A stretch of 64,000 nucleotides of DNA from an uncultured delta proteobacterium. Its GTDB lineage: Bacteria > Desulfobacterota > Syntrophia > Syntrophales > Smithellaceae. The stretch is taken from contig CAVSCG010000013.1 in NCBI GenBank assembly GCA_963726395.1, forward strand, positions 90,562 to 154,561. The letters run 5' to 3'. The translations under genes were made by a program, and so were the position numbers. The notes under the pieces are model-generated. The model saw only the letters and a program-made list of their open reading frames with translations, did no database searches and was not told the origin of the DNA. Shown in pieces: positions 49,486 through 59,470 of the stretch; the first letter of the stretch is position 1; each line of letters begins with the position of its first letter.

Positions 49486-50580
49486 ATGGCAGATGAATTG
49501 TATGATCGACTGGCGGATATTTTTAACCTCATCGGATATGGTAGCCGCAGAAGTCCTGAACTGGAAGCACTACTGAAGTCACTCTTTACGCAAGAGGAGG
49601 CGCACTTAGCTGTCAATCTCTCACCAATGGCTCCGGAATCTCCCGGTAACCTGGCCAGCCGGCTCAATTTAGATACGGGTCGTGTGGCCCGTATGCTCGA
49701 CGAGATGGCCGATAAAGGATTAATTTACTCCAGCACACGTGATGGTGAAAAATGGTACAAGCTGCTTCAACTCGTCCCCGGCATCTTCGAGCTGCAATTC
49801 ATGAAAGGCGAAGTGACTGAACGCGCCAAAGAACTGGCCCGTCTGTTCGATGCCTATTTTCATGCCAGCGTACCGCAGAAAGAAGCCAAATCTCCTTTTG
49901 CTGACGAGGCGGCGATCCACATGGCGCGCGTTCTTCCGATCGAGCAAACCCTGACGGCGACGACCAATGTTTTTCCCTTTGAAGTTGCCAGTAAATATAT
50001 CGCAGAGAATTCACCCATCACGGTTTCCATCTGCTATTGCCGTCATGAAAAACGGCTATTGGATAAGGGCTGCAAATATCCCGACGAAGTCTGTCTCCAG
50101 CTGGGCCCTTTCGCGGAATTCGTCAGGGAACGCGGGTTTGGCCGCGAGATCAGCAAAGCGGAAGCTCTGGAGATTTTGAAAAAGAGTGCCGAGGCCGGCC
50201 TGATCCATACATCCAGCAACACGAAGGAACGCATTGACTTTATCTGCAACTGTTGCACCTGCTGCTGCGGAATTCTGCAAGGCGTTTATCGCTTCGGCGA
50301 CCCCGTCAGAAGCGTCTCCAGCAATTTCGAGGCGGCGCTGGACGCGGATGCCTGTACCGGTTGCGGAGAATGTTTGGATCGCTGCCAGATGGACGCCATC
50401 ACGATCGTGGAGGATAAGGCTGAAATAGAGATCGGGCGCTGCATCGGCTGCGGCGTTTGCGTTTACCACTGCCCCACGGACGCCATAACACTCGTATCAC
50501 GCGCCGATTTTGTCGAACCCCCCAAAAGTTTTAAGGAGCTGATCAAAAAACAGGCAGCCGCAAAAATGAAAAAGGGTTGA
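49486..50580 (+). CDS. wHTH-like / poly-Cys / 2x[4Fe-4S] ferredoxin-domain protein (paralog 1 of 4)
   Basis: 364 aa with CYCRHEKRLLDKGCKYPDEVC, FICNCCTCCCG, CTGCGECLDRC and CIGCGVCVYHCP. N-terminal HTH-like NLASRLNLDTGRVARMLDEMADKGLIY. Confidence 0.7.
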   Translation: MADELYDRLADIFNLIGYGSRRSPELEALLKSLFTQEEAHLAVNLSPMAPESPGNLASRLNLDTGRVARMLDEMADKGLIYSSTRDGEKWYKLLQLVPGIFELQFMKGEVTERAKELARLFDAYFHASVPQKEAKSPFADEAAIHMARVLPIEQTLTATTNVFPFEVASKYIAENSPITVSICYCRHEKRLLDKGCKYPDEVCLQLGPFAEFVRERGFGREISKAEALEILKKSAEAGLIHTSSNTKERIDFICNCCTCCCGILQGVYRFGDPVRSVSSNFEAALDADACTGCGECLDRCQMDAITIVEDKAEIEIGRCIGCGVCVYHCPTDAITLVSRADFVEPPKSFKELIKKQAAAKMKKG

Positions 50581-50682
50581 TCGCGGCCATTGAATATCCG
50601 GCTGGCAGCTATTGCCCGGGTGATGCGCTTTACAGCGACGTAACTGCCGTGGATTTAAATCAAAAGTTAAGGGAGGAAAATA

Positions 50683-51255
50683 ATGAAAGTCGTCGGTTTT
50701 GTGGGAAGTCCAAGAATAAAAGGCAATACAACCAGCATCGTCAATGAGGTTTTACGCGGTGCATCCGAGGCCGGAGCTGAAACAAAAATATTTAATCTCA
50801 ATGAGTTGGGCATCCGGGGATGTCAGGCTTGTTATAAATGCCAGACTCCGGAAGGAAAGTGCGTTCAGACAGACGGCATGGCTCCGCTTTATGATGAAAT
50901 CTTCAGCGCCGATGCCGTCGTGATCGGGACGCCGGTCTTCATGTTCCAGATAACCGGTCAAACCAAGACTTTTATCGACCGGCTTTTTGCCCTGTTGTAT
51001 CTCAAGGATGGCAAACCGGGAGCGTTCAGGAATAAGATAAAAGGAAAGAAGGTCATAACCGTCTATTCGCAAGCACAGCCGGAAACCAGCTTGTTTGCTT
51101 CGTCCTTCGATCTGAATGAAGGCGTCCTTGGTTTCCTGGGCTTCAAGGTTGAGGGCCGCATTGCTGCGGGAGGAATGGCAAGCCTGGATTCGGCAAAGAA
51201 CAATCAAACTGTTATGGATCAAGCTTATAAGGCAGGTATCGAGTTGGCAAAGTGA
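50683..51255 (+). CDS. flavodoxin-like NAD(P)H-dependent FMN reductase / iron-sulfur flavoprotein family
   Basis: 190 aa: MKVVGFVGSPRIKGNT..., a CQACYKC cysteine pair, and GTPVFMFQITGQTK. RBS GGGAGG. Confidence 0.75.
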   Translation: MKVVGFVGSPRIKGNTTSIVNEVLRGASEAGAETKIFNLNELGIRGCQACYKCQTPEGKCVQTDGMAPLYDEIFSADAVVIGTPVFMFQITGQTKTFIDRLFALLYLKDGKPGAFRNKIKGKKVITVYSQAQPETSLFASSFDLNEGVLGFLGFKVEGRIAAGGMASLDSAKNNQTVMDQAYKAGIELAK

Positions 51256-51282
51256 AAACATAAGCGAAGAAAGGAAAAAATA

Positions 51283-52086
51283 ATGAGTGAACTAGTAAAC
51301 ATTTCAATAGAAAATCATGTAGCGGATGTCCGTTTCAACAGACCTGAAAAATACAACGCTTTGAGCTTTGCCATGATCGACGCCATGGCCGACGCCATCA
51401 ACCGGCTGGCAAAGGAGCCCGGCGTTCGGGCTGTTGTCATCTCCGGCGAAGGCAAGAGCTTCTGCGCCGGGCTGGATATTGAGAACTTCGCGGCCATGCA
51501 GGCCGGAGAAAATAAGTTTCCCAATCTCACGGATCGATACCAGAACCGGATTTCCAATATCTATCAGCATATCGGATATGGATGGAAAGAGCTCCCCGTG
51601 CCGGTCATCGCGGCCATTCATGGCGTAGCGTTGGGCGGCGGTTTCCAGATCGCCATGGGGGCTGACATTCGATTCAGCACGCCCGATGCAAAATTCTCCA
51701 TCATGGAAATGCGATGGGGATTGATTCCGGATATGAGCGTGACTCAGACCGTCCGCGATGTCGTATCGATTGACGTGGCCAAAGAACTGATCTTTACGGG
51801 TAAAACCATCAAAGGTGAAGAAGCGGCCCGCTTGAAGCTCGTAACACACGTCTGTGAAAAACCCTATGAAGAAGCCATGGCACTGGCCAGGGAGATCGCA
51901 TCCAAAAATCCCGATGCCATTCGCGCGGCAAAAAAGCTCATCAATGAGGTCTGGCATGGAGATTCGGGCAGAGGCCTGATGATGGAATCCGAACTGATGA
52001 TGACGCTCATGGGTAGTCCCAACCAGTTGGAGGCGGTGACTGCAAATTTTACCAAACAGCCTCCCAAATTCAAGGACCCGGCCTGA
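51283..52086 (+). CDS. enoyl-CoA hydratase/isomerase (crotonase) family protein
   Basis: 267 aa: RPEKYNAL...GEGKSFCAGLDI...AAIHGVALGGGFQIAMGADIR. Confidence 0.9.
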   Translation: MSELVNISIENHVADVRFNRPEKYNALSFAMIDAMADAINRLAKEPGVRAVVISGEGKSFCAGLDIENFAAMQAGENKFPNLTDRYQNRISNIYQHIGYGWKELPVPVIAAIHGVALGGGFQIAMGADIRFSTPDAKFSIMEMRWGLIPDMSVTQTVRDVVSIDVAKELIFTGKTIKGEEAARLKLVTHVCEKPYEEAMALAREIASKNPDAIRAAKKLINEVWHGDSGRGLMMESELMMTLMGSPNQLEAVTANFTKQPPKFKDPA

Positions 52087-52176
52087 CACGATCATCGCCT
52101 ATATCCCTTCTTGACCCTTCAGCCTTTTCATTGTAGGGGAACAGGCAATGATCCGAAAAAAAGAAGGAGACAGCCC

Positions 52177-52527
52177 ATGAGTAACGCCAACGAACCCAAA
52201 ATAACGAATATCAAAATAAATCCCGATAACCTTTATCGAGAAGAATCCTTCACGGACCTGACGTATGCCACGATCCGACGTCTTACGCCCGTCAAGATTG
52301 ACGGCTCGCCTGATGAGAGCCGGGAACCCCTTTTCACCGGCATGGCCCAGTTGATGTCCCCCAACGGACCGATTCCGGTTCAGTGTGTGATTGAAGGGGC
52401 CAAGACACTCAGCGATGCAGCCGCTAAATTACCCGACGCTATTGAAAAAGCTGTTCAGGCCATGATTGCCGAGGCTAAGGAAATGGAGCGGGAGGAATCT
52501 TCACGAATCGTGATACCCGGCCAATAA
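52177..52527 (+). CDS. conserved hypothetical cytoplasmic protein
   Basis: 116 aa from the ATG preceded by AGGAGA. No motif recognised. The ORF track extends upstream to 52111. Confidence 0.5.
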   Translation: MSNANEPKITNIKINPDNLYREESFTDLTYATIRRLTPVKIDGSPDESREPLFTGMAQLMSPNGPIPVQCVIEGAKTLSDAAAKLPDAIEKAVQAMIAEAKEMEREESSRIVIPGQ

Positions 52528-52542
52528 GCATGAGGTTTGACT

Positions 52543-52932
52543 ATGATTGAAAACACTATCGCCACATGGCACAAATTGGTTGACGCCAGGGACGCGGCAT
52601 GTCTCGACAATATCCTGGCCGAGCAGGTTGTCTTCCATTCCCCCGTGGTTCATACACCGCAAGTGGGAAAGCCGATCACTACATTATATCTGACAGCGGC
52701 GCTGCACGTCCTCAACAACGACACGTTTAAGTATCTGAGAGAAGTCATTTCCGGTAATCAAGCCGTATTGGAGTTTCAGACCGTGATTGACGGCATCTCC
52801 ATCAACGGCGTGGACATGATCACCTGGGGCGAAGACGGCAGAATTATTGACTTCAAGGTCATGCTCAGACCGTTAAAAGCCGTCAACCTGGTCCACAAAA
52901 TGATGGGTGATATGCTGCAAAAGATCAAATGA
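52543..52932 (+). CDS. NTF2/SnoaL-like fold protein
   Basis: About 129 aa: MIENTIATWHKLVDARDAACLDNILAEQVVFHSPV... The pattern is typical of SnoaL-like proteins. The assignment is by pattern only. Confidence 0.55.
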   Translation: MIENTIATWHKLVDARDAACLDNILAEQVVFHSPVVHTPQVGKPITTLYLTAALHVLNNDTFKYLREVISGNQAVLEFQTVIDGISINGVDMITWGEDGRIIDFKVMLRPLKAVNLVHKMMGDMLQKIK

Positions 52933-53014
52933 CAGTTGCCGACAATCATCATCAACACCAATGGAAAAAAGAATTGCGCCCATCAAGTTCCAGTGTGATG
53001 ATGAGACAAAGCCC

Positions 53015-53311
53015 TCAGCGCCGGTATTTTTTATAGCCTAACCAAACCCAGACAAAACCCCAGAAAACAAGGATCGGTCCCAGACCGATGTAGAAAAATG
53101 AAAAAGGGCTGTTCGCCCAGGGTTTCATCAAGGCGACGCAGCCGGCAACCCAAAGGATGGTGACAAGAATGGCGAGACGCATCCATCCCGTCAGGGCTAT
53201 TCCAAGACTGCGGCGGTAGGGTTTGTACTCAGGCTCCGGCTTTTTGCCCATCAACCGGGGAAGGAAAAATATCGCCACGGCGATCGCAGCCACAACCAGA
53301 ATTTCTTGCAT
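53015..53311 (-). CDS. small membrane protein
   Basis: 98-aa ORF with three hydrophobic helices and a basic C-terminus. Confidence 0.45.
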   Translation of the reverse strand: MQEILVVAAIAVAIFFLPRLMGKKPEPEYKPYRRSLGIALTGWMRLAILVTILWVAGCVALMKPWANSPFSFFYIGLGPILVFWGFVWVWLGYKKYRR

Positions 53312-53497
53312 AGGGATACCTCATCGATTACGGACTTCGCGGATCATCTGCGGATGGCCAGAAAAATCGGCGGAACGGCTATAACACACATTGATCAATA
53401 ATCCTATCGTTTGAAAAGATCGAAGCTGACAAAAACATGAATGCTGTTATGAAGAAGTCTGAAAAGTTTTCGCTGAAATTAAAGAAGAAATGCAGCC

Positions 53498-55312
53498 TCA
53501 TGGGCAATAGAGGTTATCAAGCTTATCGCCGTAGTTTTTGATGATTTCGCGGCGGCGGAGCTTGAGCGTCGGCGTCAGTTCACCCGCTTCTTCAGTAAAA
53601 TCTTGCGGGAGGATGGTAAAGCGCTTGATTTGTTCGTATGTCGCCAGACGACGGTTGACAGCCTGCACCTGATCGGATACGGCCTGCAATATTTTGGGAT
53701 GATCGGCCAGGCCCGCCGGATTCACATCAACAAGATTTTCCCGTTTGGCGAAATTCCGCAGCTCTTGTTCATTCAGGGTGATCAAAGCCGTCAGATACTT
53801 GCGACGATCGCCGTAAACCATGACTTGGCTGATGAACGGCAGTGTGCGAATGAGATTTTCGATGTTTTGCGGTGCGATGTTTTTGCCGCCTGCCGTAACG
53901 ATCAGATCTTTTTTCCGATCAGTAATAGTCAGGAATCCCTCGTCGTCCATGACGGCAATGTCTCCCGTATGAAACCAACCCTCGGCGTCTATGGCCGCAG
54001 CCGTTGCTTCCGGGTCCTTGTAATAGCCCTGAAAAAGGCCCTGTCCCCGGAGAAACAGTTCACCGTCGGCGGCAAACTTTGCCTCCATCCCGGGAATCAG
54101 TTGTCCCACTGTCCCGAATTTGAAACGCTCTGCCCGGTTCACCGTTGCCGGCGCCACGGTTTCGGTTAATCCGTAACCTTCCAGAATCAAAAGCCCCGCG
54201 GCATTGAAGAATTCCAGCAAATAGATAGGCGTGGGTGCCCCCCCGCACAAAAGATATTTGACCCGTCCGCCAAAGACATTGTGTATTTTCTGAAAAACCA
54301 GACGATAAGCGATGGCGTGTTTCAGTGCCAGAAAAGTCGGCAGTGATTGATTTTCCTGACGGTAGGGCGCGGCTTCCCGGCCTACAGACACCGCCCATTG
54401 AAAAATCCTGCGTTTCAGAGGCGACCCTGAATCAAGCATCTGGCGAACCCGGTTATAAATGCGTTCGAAGATCTGGGGCACGCTGACCTGAACGGTGGGA
54501 TGAAGTTCCTGAAAATTCTCCACGAGCTTGTCGATACTTTCGGCATAAGCGCCGACAATACCGAGGTGCATCGCCGCATAAACACTCATTCTCTGAAGCA
54601 TATGGGTCAGCGGCAGAAAGGCAATTCCAAAGTCACTTTCTTCGTAAGAGTGCATCTTTGTGGCGTTGATGACCGTATGATAAAGATTGGCGTGGGTGAT
54701 GATGGCTCCCTTGGGTGGTCCCGTTGTTCCGGAGGTATAGGCAATCGTCGCCGTATCTGCTGGCCGGACGGCCTGCCAGACGGTTTCAAAACGCGTTGGG
54801 TCGGCTTGATGAGTGCTTCGCCCCCGGGCGATTAAAGCCTCCAAGGTGATCACACCGGCAGGAAGAGACTTTCGGTTTGTTTCGAAGAGAATCATCGACC
54901 TTGGTAAACCTGTTTTGGCCTGAACGGCAATAAGTTTATCCAGAAGCGCATCGTCTTCCACGAAACAGATCTGAAGACCGCTGTGAGAAACAATATGGGT
55001 CGTTTCCCAGAGACTGGCCGAGGGGTAAAGGCCGACGGTGACTCCGCCGGAGGTTAGAATGATAAGATCGGCCTCGCTCCATTCTCTGCGCGTGCGGCTG
55101 GCAATTCCGACGGTATCCCCTTTTTTAAAACCCAGATCAACGAGACCCATTACGCCTGCCGGAAGCATCTCCAAGGCTTGCCGCCAGGTTTTGGATTCCC
55201 AAACGCCTCTACTTTTTGTCAGCGACAACGTTTTATCGCCGAAGCGGCGGGCTTGGTGCATGAAGATCCCTATAACTGTCGGGGGATCGTATAAAGGTTT
55301 CGTGTCGTTCAT
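53498..55312 (-). CDS. long-chain acyl-CoA synthetase (AMP-forming)
   Basis: 604 aa with YTSGTTGPPKG, EGYGLTET and GWFHTGDIA...DRKKDLIVTAGGKNIAPQ. Confidence 0.9.
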   Translation of the reverse strand: MNDTKPLYDPPTVIGIFMHQARRFGDKTLSLTKSRGVWESKTWRQALEMLPAGVMGLVDLGFKKGDTVGIASRTRREWSEADLIILTSGGVTVGLYPSASLWETTHIVSHSGLQICFVEDDALLDKLIAVQAKTGLPRSMILFETNRKSLPAGVITLEALIARGRSTHQADPTRFETVWQAVRPADTATIAYTSGTTGPPKGAIITHANLYHTVINATKMHSYEESDFGIAFLPLTHMLQRMSVYAAMHLGIVGAYAESIDKLVENFQELHPTVQVSVPQIFERIYNRVRQMLDSGSPLKRRIFQWAVSVGREAAPYRQENQSLPTFLALKHAIAYRLVFQKIHNVFGGRVKYLLCGGAPTPIYLLEFFNAAGLLILEGYGLTETVAPATVNRAERFKFGTVGQLIPGMEAKFAADGELFLRGQGLFQGYYKDPEATAAAIDAEGWFHTGDIAVMDDEGFLTITDRKKDLIVTAGGKNIAPQNIENLIRTLPFISQVMVYGDRRKYLTALITLNEQELRNFAKRENLVDVNPAGLADHPKILQAVSDQVQAVNRRLATYEQIKRFTILPQDFTEEAGELTPTLKLRRREIIKNYGDKLDNLYCP

Positions 55313-55479
55313 AAATTATGTCCTTAAGCTACCTTCATCCCTCATAGGTAATGTATACCCTCATAGCCTGCCGGGCGTCAATGTCTTAAATGACGATGGA
55401 CAAGTGACTTCAATTCCGATAGTTTTAATCACAGGAATGGAACATGTCCTGATCATGCTTTAAAATCGCCGGTGAACGA

Positions 55480-56643
55480 ATGACTGCCAATGAGTGTATT
55501 GAGACTTTTATGCCGACAGACGATTCTATTTACAGACAGCTTCAGATTCAATTAGACCGTTATCCAATCGGGTATCCCGCAACAAAAAGCGGTGTGGAAA
55601 TTGATATTCTGAAATATTTTTTTACACCCCTTCAAGCCAAAATTGCTTTGTGTCTGACGCTTCGCTCCATCCCCATTGCCCCCATCCGTAAAAGGCTGAA
55701 AAATAAATTTCATATTGAATTGTCCCATGATGATCTGGCCGCAATGCTGGATGAAATGTTTGTGAAAGGCGTCATCCGGCGGTCGGAAAACGCAGGATCA
55801 CCCAGCTACGGAGTTGCCATGCTGGCCATCGGCATGTTTGAATATCAGGTGGATGCTCTCACCTCTGAGCTCGTGGAGATGATGCATCGGTATTTTGACG
55901 AAGCCTTCGGCGAGGAGTTTTTCCGCTCGTCCCTGCCCCAGTTACGAACCAGCCCGCATCTGAGAGCGATCGTTCCGGAATATCTTGTCGATACCTATGA
56001 CAACATGCGGCACTTCATCACCCATACCAAAGAAACGCTCCATGTGGCCAACTGCGTCTGCAAGCAGGGCGAGGCCCTGATGGGAATGCCCTGCAAACAA
56101 ACGGACAACTATGAGGTCTGTCTGCTCATCGGATCAACCAGCTACGCGGCACGCAACCGAGCTCGGCAGATCTCCAAAGAGGAATGCCTGAAGATACTGG
56201 ACATGGCCGAAGAAAAAGGAATGGTGCTTCAACCGGGCAATTCCAAAAAGCCCAGCTGCATCTGCATCTGCTGCGGCTGTTGCTGCGGCGTTTTGACCAC
56301 CGCAAAAAAGCAGCCCCGGCCTGCCCGATTTTTTGCCACCAATTATTATGCCCGAATCGACATGGATTCCTGCACCGGATGCGGCGCCTGTGAAAAACGT
56401 TGTCAAATGGACGCGATCATCGCGGATGGCAAAACCTTCCGTGTTGATCCAGATCGATGCATCGGTTGCGGCCTTTGCGTAACCAGGTGCAAACCCAAAG
56501 CCGCCAGGCTGATCAAGAAAGACAAGGCAACCGTGCCGCCCATGAACACCGAGATTTTGTATTTAAGCATTCTGATGGAAAGAGCCGGCACAAAAAAGAT
56601 GATCGTTAATATGCTGAATCTTCTTTTCGGGAAACCCTTATGA
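55480..56643 (+). CDS. wHTH-like / poly-Cys / 2x[4Fe-4S] ferredoxin-domain protein (paralog 2 of 4)
   Basis: 387 aa with NCVCKQGEALMGMPCKQTDNYEVC, CICICCGCCCG, CTGCGACEKRC and CIGCGLCVTRC. Confidence 0.7.
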   Translation: MTANECIETFMPTDDSIYRQLQIQLDRYPIGYPATKSGVEIDILKYFFTPLQAKIALCLTLRSIPIAPIRKRLKNKFHIELSHDDLAAMLDEMFVKGVIRRSENAGSPSYGVAMLAIGMFEYQVDALTSELVEMMHRYFDEAFGEEFFRSSLPQLRTSPHLRAIVPEYLVDTYDNMRHFITHTKETLHVANCVCKQGEALMGMPCKQTDNYEVCLLIGSTSYAARNRARQISKEECLKILDMAEEKGMVLQPGNSKKPSCICICCGCCCGVLTTAKKQPRPARFFATNYYARIDMDSCTGCGACEKRCQMDAIIADGKTFRVDPDRCIGCGLCVTRCKPKAARLIKKDKATVPPMNTEILYLSILMERAGTKKMIVNMLNLLFGKPL

Positions 56644-56666
56644 ATTTTTTTCAGCACGAATGAAAA

Positions 56667-58598
56667 TTAAAGTTCTATTTGTGTACCGAGCTCAACAACC
56701 CTATTTGCGGGAATTCCAAAGTAAGAGGTGGGATTCCCCGCATTTCTGGACATGAAGGCGAAAATAGCTTTACGCCACCGCATCATTTTCGATCTTCCCC
56801 CCGTGAGGAGCGTTTCCCTGCCCAGGTAAAAAGTCGTGGTCATCGGATCGGTAACGAGTCTATAATTGGCGACCATTTTCATGACCTGCGGCACATCTGG
56901 TTTCTGCATGAAGCCATAGGATGCTTCAACACGGTAAAACCCTTGACCCAAATCATTCAGTTTAATTTGTTCGTTGTCAGGAACCGTTGGACTATCTTTG
57001 AATATAATGGAAAGGAGAACCACTTTTTCGTGCAATACGTGGTTGTGTTTTATATGGTGAAGCAGTGTCGGAGGAGTTCCCTCAGGAGATAACGTCATAA
57101 AGACGGCGGTTCCGGGAACTCGCGGCATACTACTTTTCGGCAATCCAGAAAGAAAACTGTCTATGGGAAATCTTGCCCCGATTAACTTACGGTAGAGTTC
57201 ATTTCGTCCTTTTTTCCACGTGGTCATGGCCATCGCTATAATCGCTGCAACAAAGAGAGGAAACCATCCCCCGTCGGCAATCTTGAAGATGTTACCAGTG
57301 AAAAAAGCAACATCGAACGCCAAGAACATTCCGACAAGGGGTATAACCTTCCACAGAGGCCACTTCCTTTCATGGGTCAGCACGAGAAAATAAAGAAACG
57401 ATGTGATGATCATGGTTCCTGTAACAGCAATGCCATATGCACCGGCCAGCCTCCCGGACTCCTTGAACCCGATAACAACAGCAATACAGGCTATCATCAG
57501 GGCATAATTTACAAAAGGAATGTATATCTGCCCCTGCATCTCGCTTGATGTGTGGACAATCCGAACTCGGGGACAAAAGCCCAACTGTACGGCCTGCTGT
57601 GTGAGTGAAAATGCGCCGGATATTAGCGCCTGAGAAGCTATCACCGTTGCAACGGTAGAAAGTCCGATCATTGGATACAGCAGGAACTCCGGTACGATCT
57701 TATAGAAGGGGTTGATGTTCATTTCCGGATGGGCCAGTAACAAAGCCCCTTGCCCAAAATAGTTGCATAGCAATGTGGGTAAGACAAACAGAAACCAAGA
57801 ATGCCGGATGGAATCTCTACCAAAATGTCCCAGATCGGCATAGAGAGCTTCGCAACCCGTAACACAGAGAACGACTGATCCGAGCACAATAATGCCGTGA
57901 GTTCCATTGTTCACAAAAAACTCTAGGGCATAGACCGGATTAACGGCATAAAGAACCGTCGGTTCACGTATGATCTGAATGATGCCGAAAACACCAATCG
58001 ATACAAACCAGAGCGCCATGATCGGAGCAAATAATTTCCCGATATGAGTCGTGCCTTTATGCTGCAATGAAAAAAGCAAAACGAGCATAACACAGGTTAA
58101 AGGCAACACAAAAGGCGCCGCGGCCTTTGTGGCGACTTCAAGTCCTTCAATTGCAGAAAGAACGGATATGGCAGGTGTGATGACTCCGTCTCCATAAAGA
58201 AGCCCTGCGCCCAGAATCCCCGCAAACACGAGAATGGGCTGGATGCGGCGGGAGATGCTTTTATCAGAGGTTCGCAAAAGACCGAGCAGGGCAAAGATGC
58301 CGCCTTCACCCCGATTGTCGGCCCGTAGGATAAACGTGATATATTTGACGCTGACGACAATGGTCATTGACCAGAAGATGAGAGATAAAACACCCAAGAC
58401 ATTCGTCATACTGGGGTTAATTGCATGCGTCCCATGGAAGCATGCCTTGATGGCGTAAAGGGGGCTTGTTCCTATATCGCCAAAGACAACACCAATCGAT
58501 CCAACTGCAAGCAAAAGGATTTTTTTATTGAGCCACTTGCGGGGGGATTTTCCCTTGGATTTAACAGCACCGTGATTTTCAGAACTTGATGATGACAC
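56667..58598 (-). CDS. kup: KUP/HAK/KT-family potassium transporter
   Basis: 643 aa with the FGDIGTSPLY signature, 12 TM helices and a cytoplasmic C-terminal domain. GTG start with GGAGG 6 nt upstream. Confidence 0.95.
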   Translation of the reverse strand: MSSSSSENHGAVKSKGKSPRKWLNKKILLLAVGSIGVVFGDIGTSPLYAIKACFHGTHAINPSMTNVLGVLSLIFWSMTIVVSVKYITFILRADNRGEGGIFALLGLLRTSDKSISRRIQPILVFAGILGAGLLYGDGVITPAISVLSAIEGLEVATKAAAPFVLPLTCVMLVLLFSLQHKGTTHIGKLFAPIMALWFVSIGVFGIIQIIREPTVLYAVNPVYALEFFVNNGTHGIIVLGSVVLCVTGCEALYADLGHFGRDSIRHSWFLFVLPTLLCNYFGQGALLLAHPEMNINPFYKIVPEFLLYPMIGLSTVATVIASQALISGAFSLTQQAVQLGFCPRVRIVHTSSEMQGQIYIPFVNYALMIACIAVVIGFKESGRLAGAYGIAVTGTMIITSFLYFLVLTHERKWPLWKVIPLVGMFLAFDVAFFTGNIFKIADGGWFPLFVAAIIAMAMTTWKKGRNELYRKLIGARFPIDSFLSGLPKSSMPRVPGTAVFMTLSPEGTPPTLLHHIKHNHVLHEKVVLLSIIFKDSPTVPDNEQIKLNDLGQGFYRVEASYGFMQKPDVPQVMKMVANYRLVTDPMTTTFYLGRETLLTGGRSKMMRWRKAIFAFMSRNAGNPTSYFGIPANRVVELGTQIEL

Positions 58599-58604
58599 AA
58601 ATAA

Positions 58605-58780
58605 CCTCCGAAGATTGTCTAGGGGAGAATAATCCTCCCGGACTACTCCGGTTGGTTCTCCTCATCGAAGCCTACGAAGTTAGCTGAAGGGCTCGGGTCG
58701 AAGAGGTTACCCTACGCCGTAACGATGCGCCCCAAAATATTGGTTCCTCCGCTCCTGAAAGTCAGGATTAGGCATATGTT
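58605..58780 (-). promoter_or_regulatory. c-di-AMP riboswitch (ydaO/kimA class) candidate in the kup 5' leader
   Basis: The minus strand reads GCCUAAUCCUGACUUUCAGGAGCGGAGGAACCAAUAUUUUGGGGCG...GUAGGGUAACC...CGACCCGAGCCCUUCAGCUAACUUCGUAGGCUUCGAUGAGGAG. This matches both halves of the ydaO motif as I recall it. It is followed by GGGAGG-auuauu-CUCCCC and the SD GGAGG. Confidence 0.8.
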
Positions 58781-58905
58781 GTGCGATAGCTAAATCATCT
58801 TTTAAAGTTTGTCAATCAACTTATAACGAGTATTTTCAGAGATATTTTACTGAGAGAACTGCTGATTTTCTAAATAATCGAATCTTCGTAACCCTACATC
58901 TTCCA

Positions 58906-59256
58906 CTATTGCACCTCCATTTCTTTGATAAAATATTCCCGTCCAGAGATCAGCAGTCCGTCTTTTACTCCGCAGGCCGGGCACACGGCATTACCCATAG
59001 TTGCCATTGCTACTTCGTAGGATGTGTTGCAGTTGTTACATTGAAATATGATCGGTGTGCGTTCTATTTTGAGTTGCGCGCCCTCGGCAATGGTGTCCTT
59101 GCTCAGGTAATCGAAGTAACGTTGAATCCATTCATCTTGTAAATCGCTGAGTTTCCCTACCTGCAGGCGAATGGTCATCACTTTCTGGGCATGGTTTTTT
59201 TCTGCATGTTTCAAAACAACCTTCATTATACTCTCTGTGATGGGCAATTCATGCAT
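58906..59256 (-). CDS. hypA: hydrogenase nickel-incorporation/maturation protein HypA
   Basis: Starts MHELPITESI. Zn-finger CNNC...CPAC. The ORF track extends 6 codons upstream to 59274. Confidence 0.85.
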   Translation of the reverse strand: MHELPITESIMKVVLKHAEKNHAQKVMTIRLQVGKLSDLQDEWIQRYFDYLSKDTIAEGAQLKIERTPIIFQCNNCNTSYEVAMATMGNAVCPACGVKDGLLISGREYFIKEMEVQ

Positions 59257-59470
59257 GGGTTTGGTTTTCCTCATTTACTTTGATAGACTGATTTTCAGGT
59301 TATCTTATAGCATTCCATATTTAACTTTGTCATCCAATGAATATTGTTTTTTTTGCATACGAAACCACGATAGATGTAATGCATTTACAATAAACAGTTG
59401 TTTATTCTTGACACGATATATATTTTTTTAGATACTCTCCAAAATTCTTTGAAACGGAGAACATGTCAAT

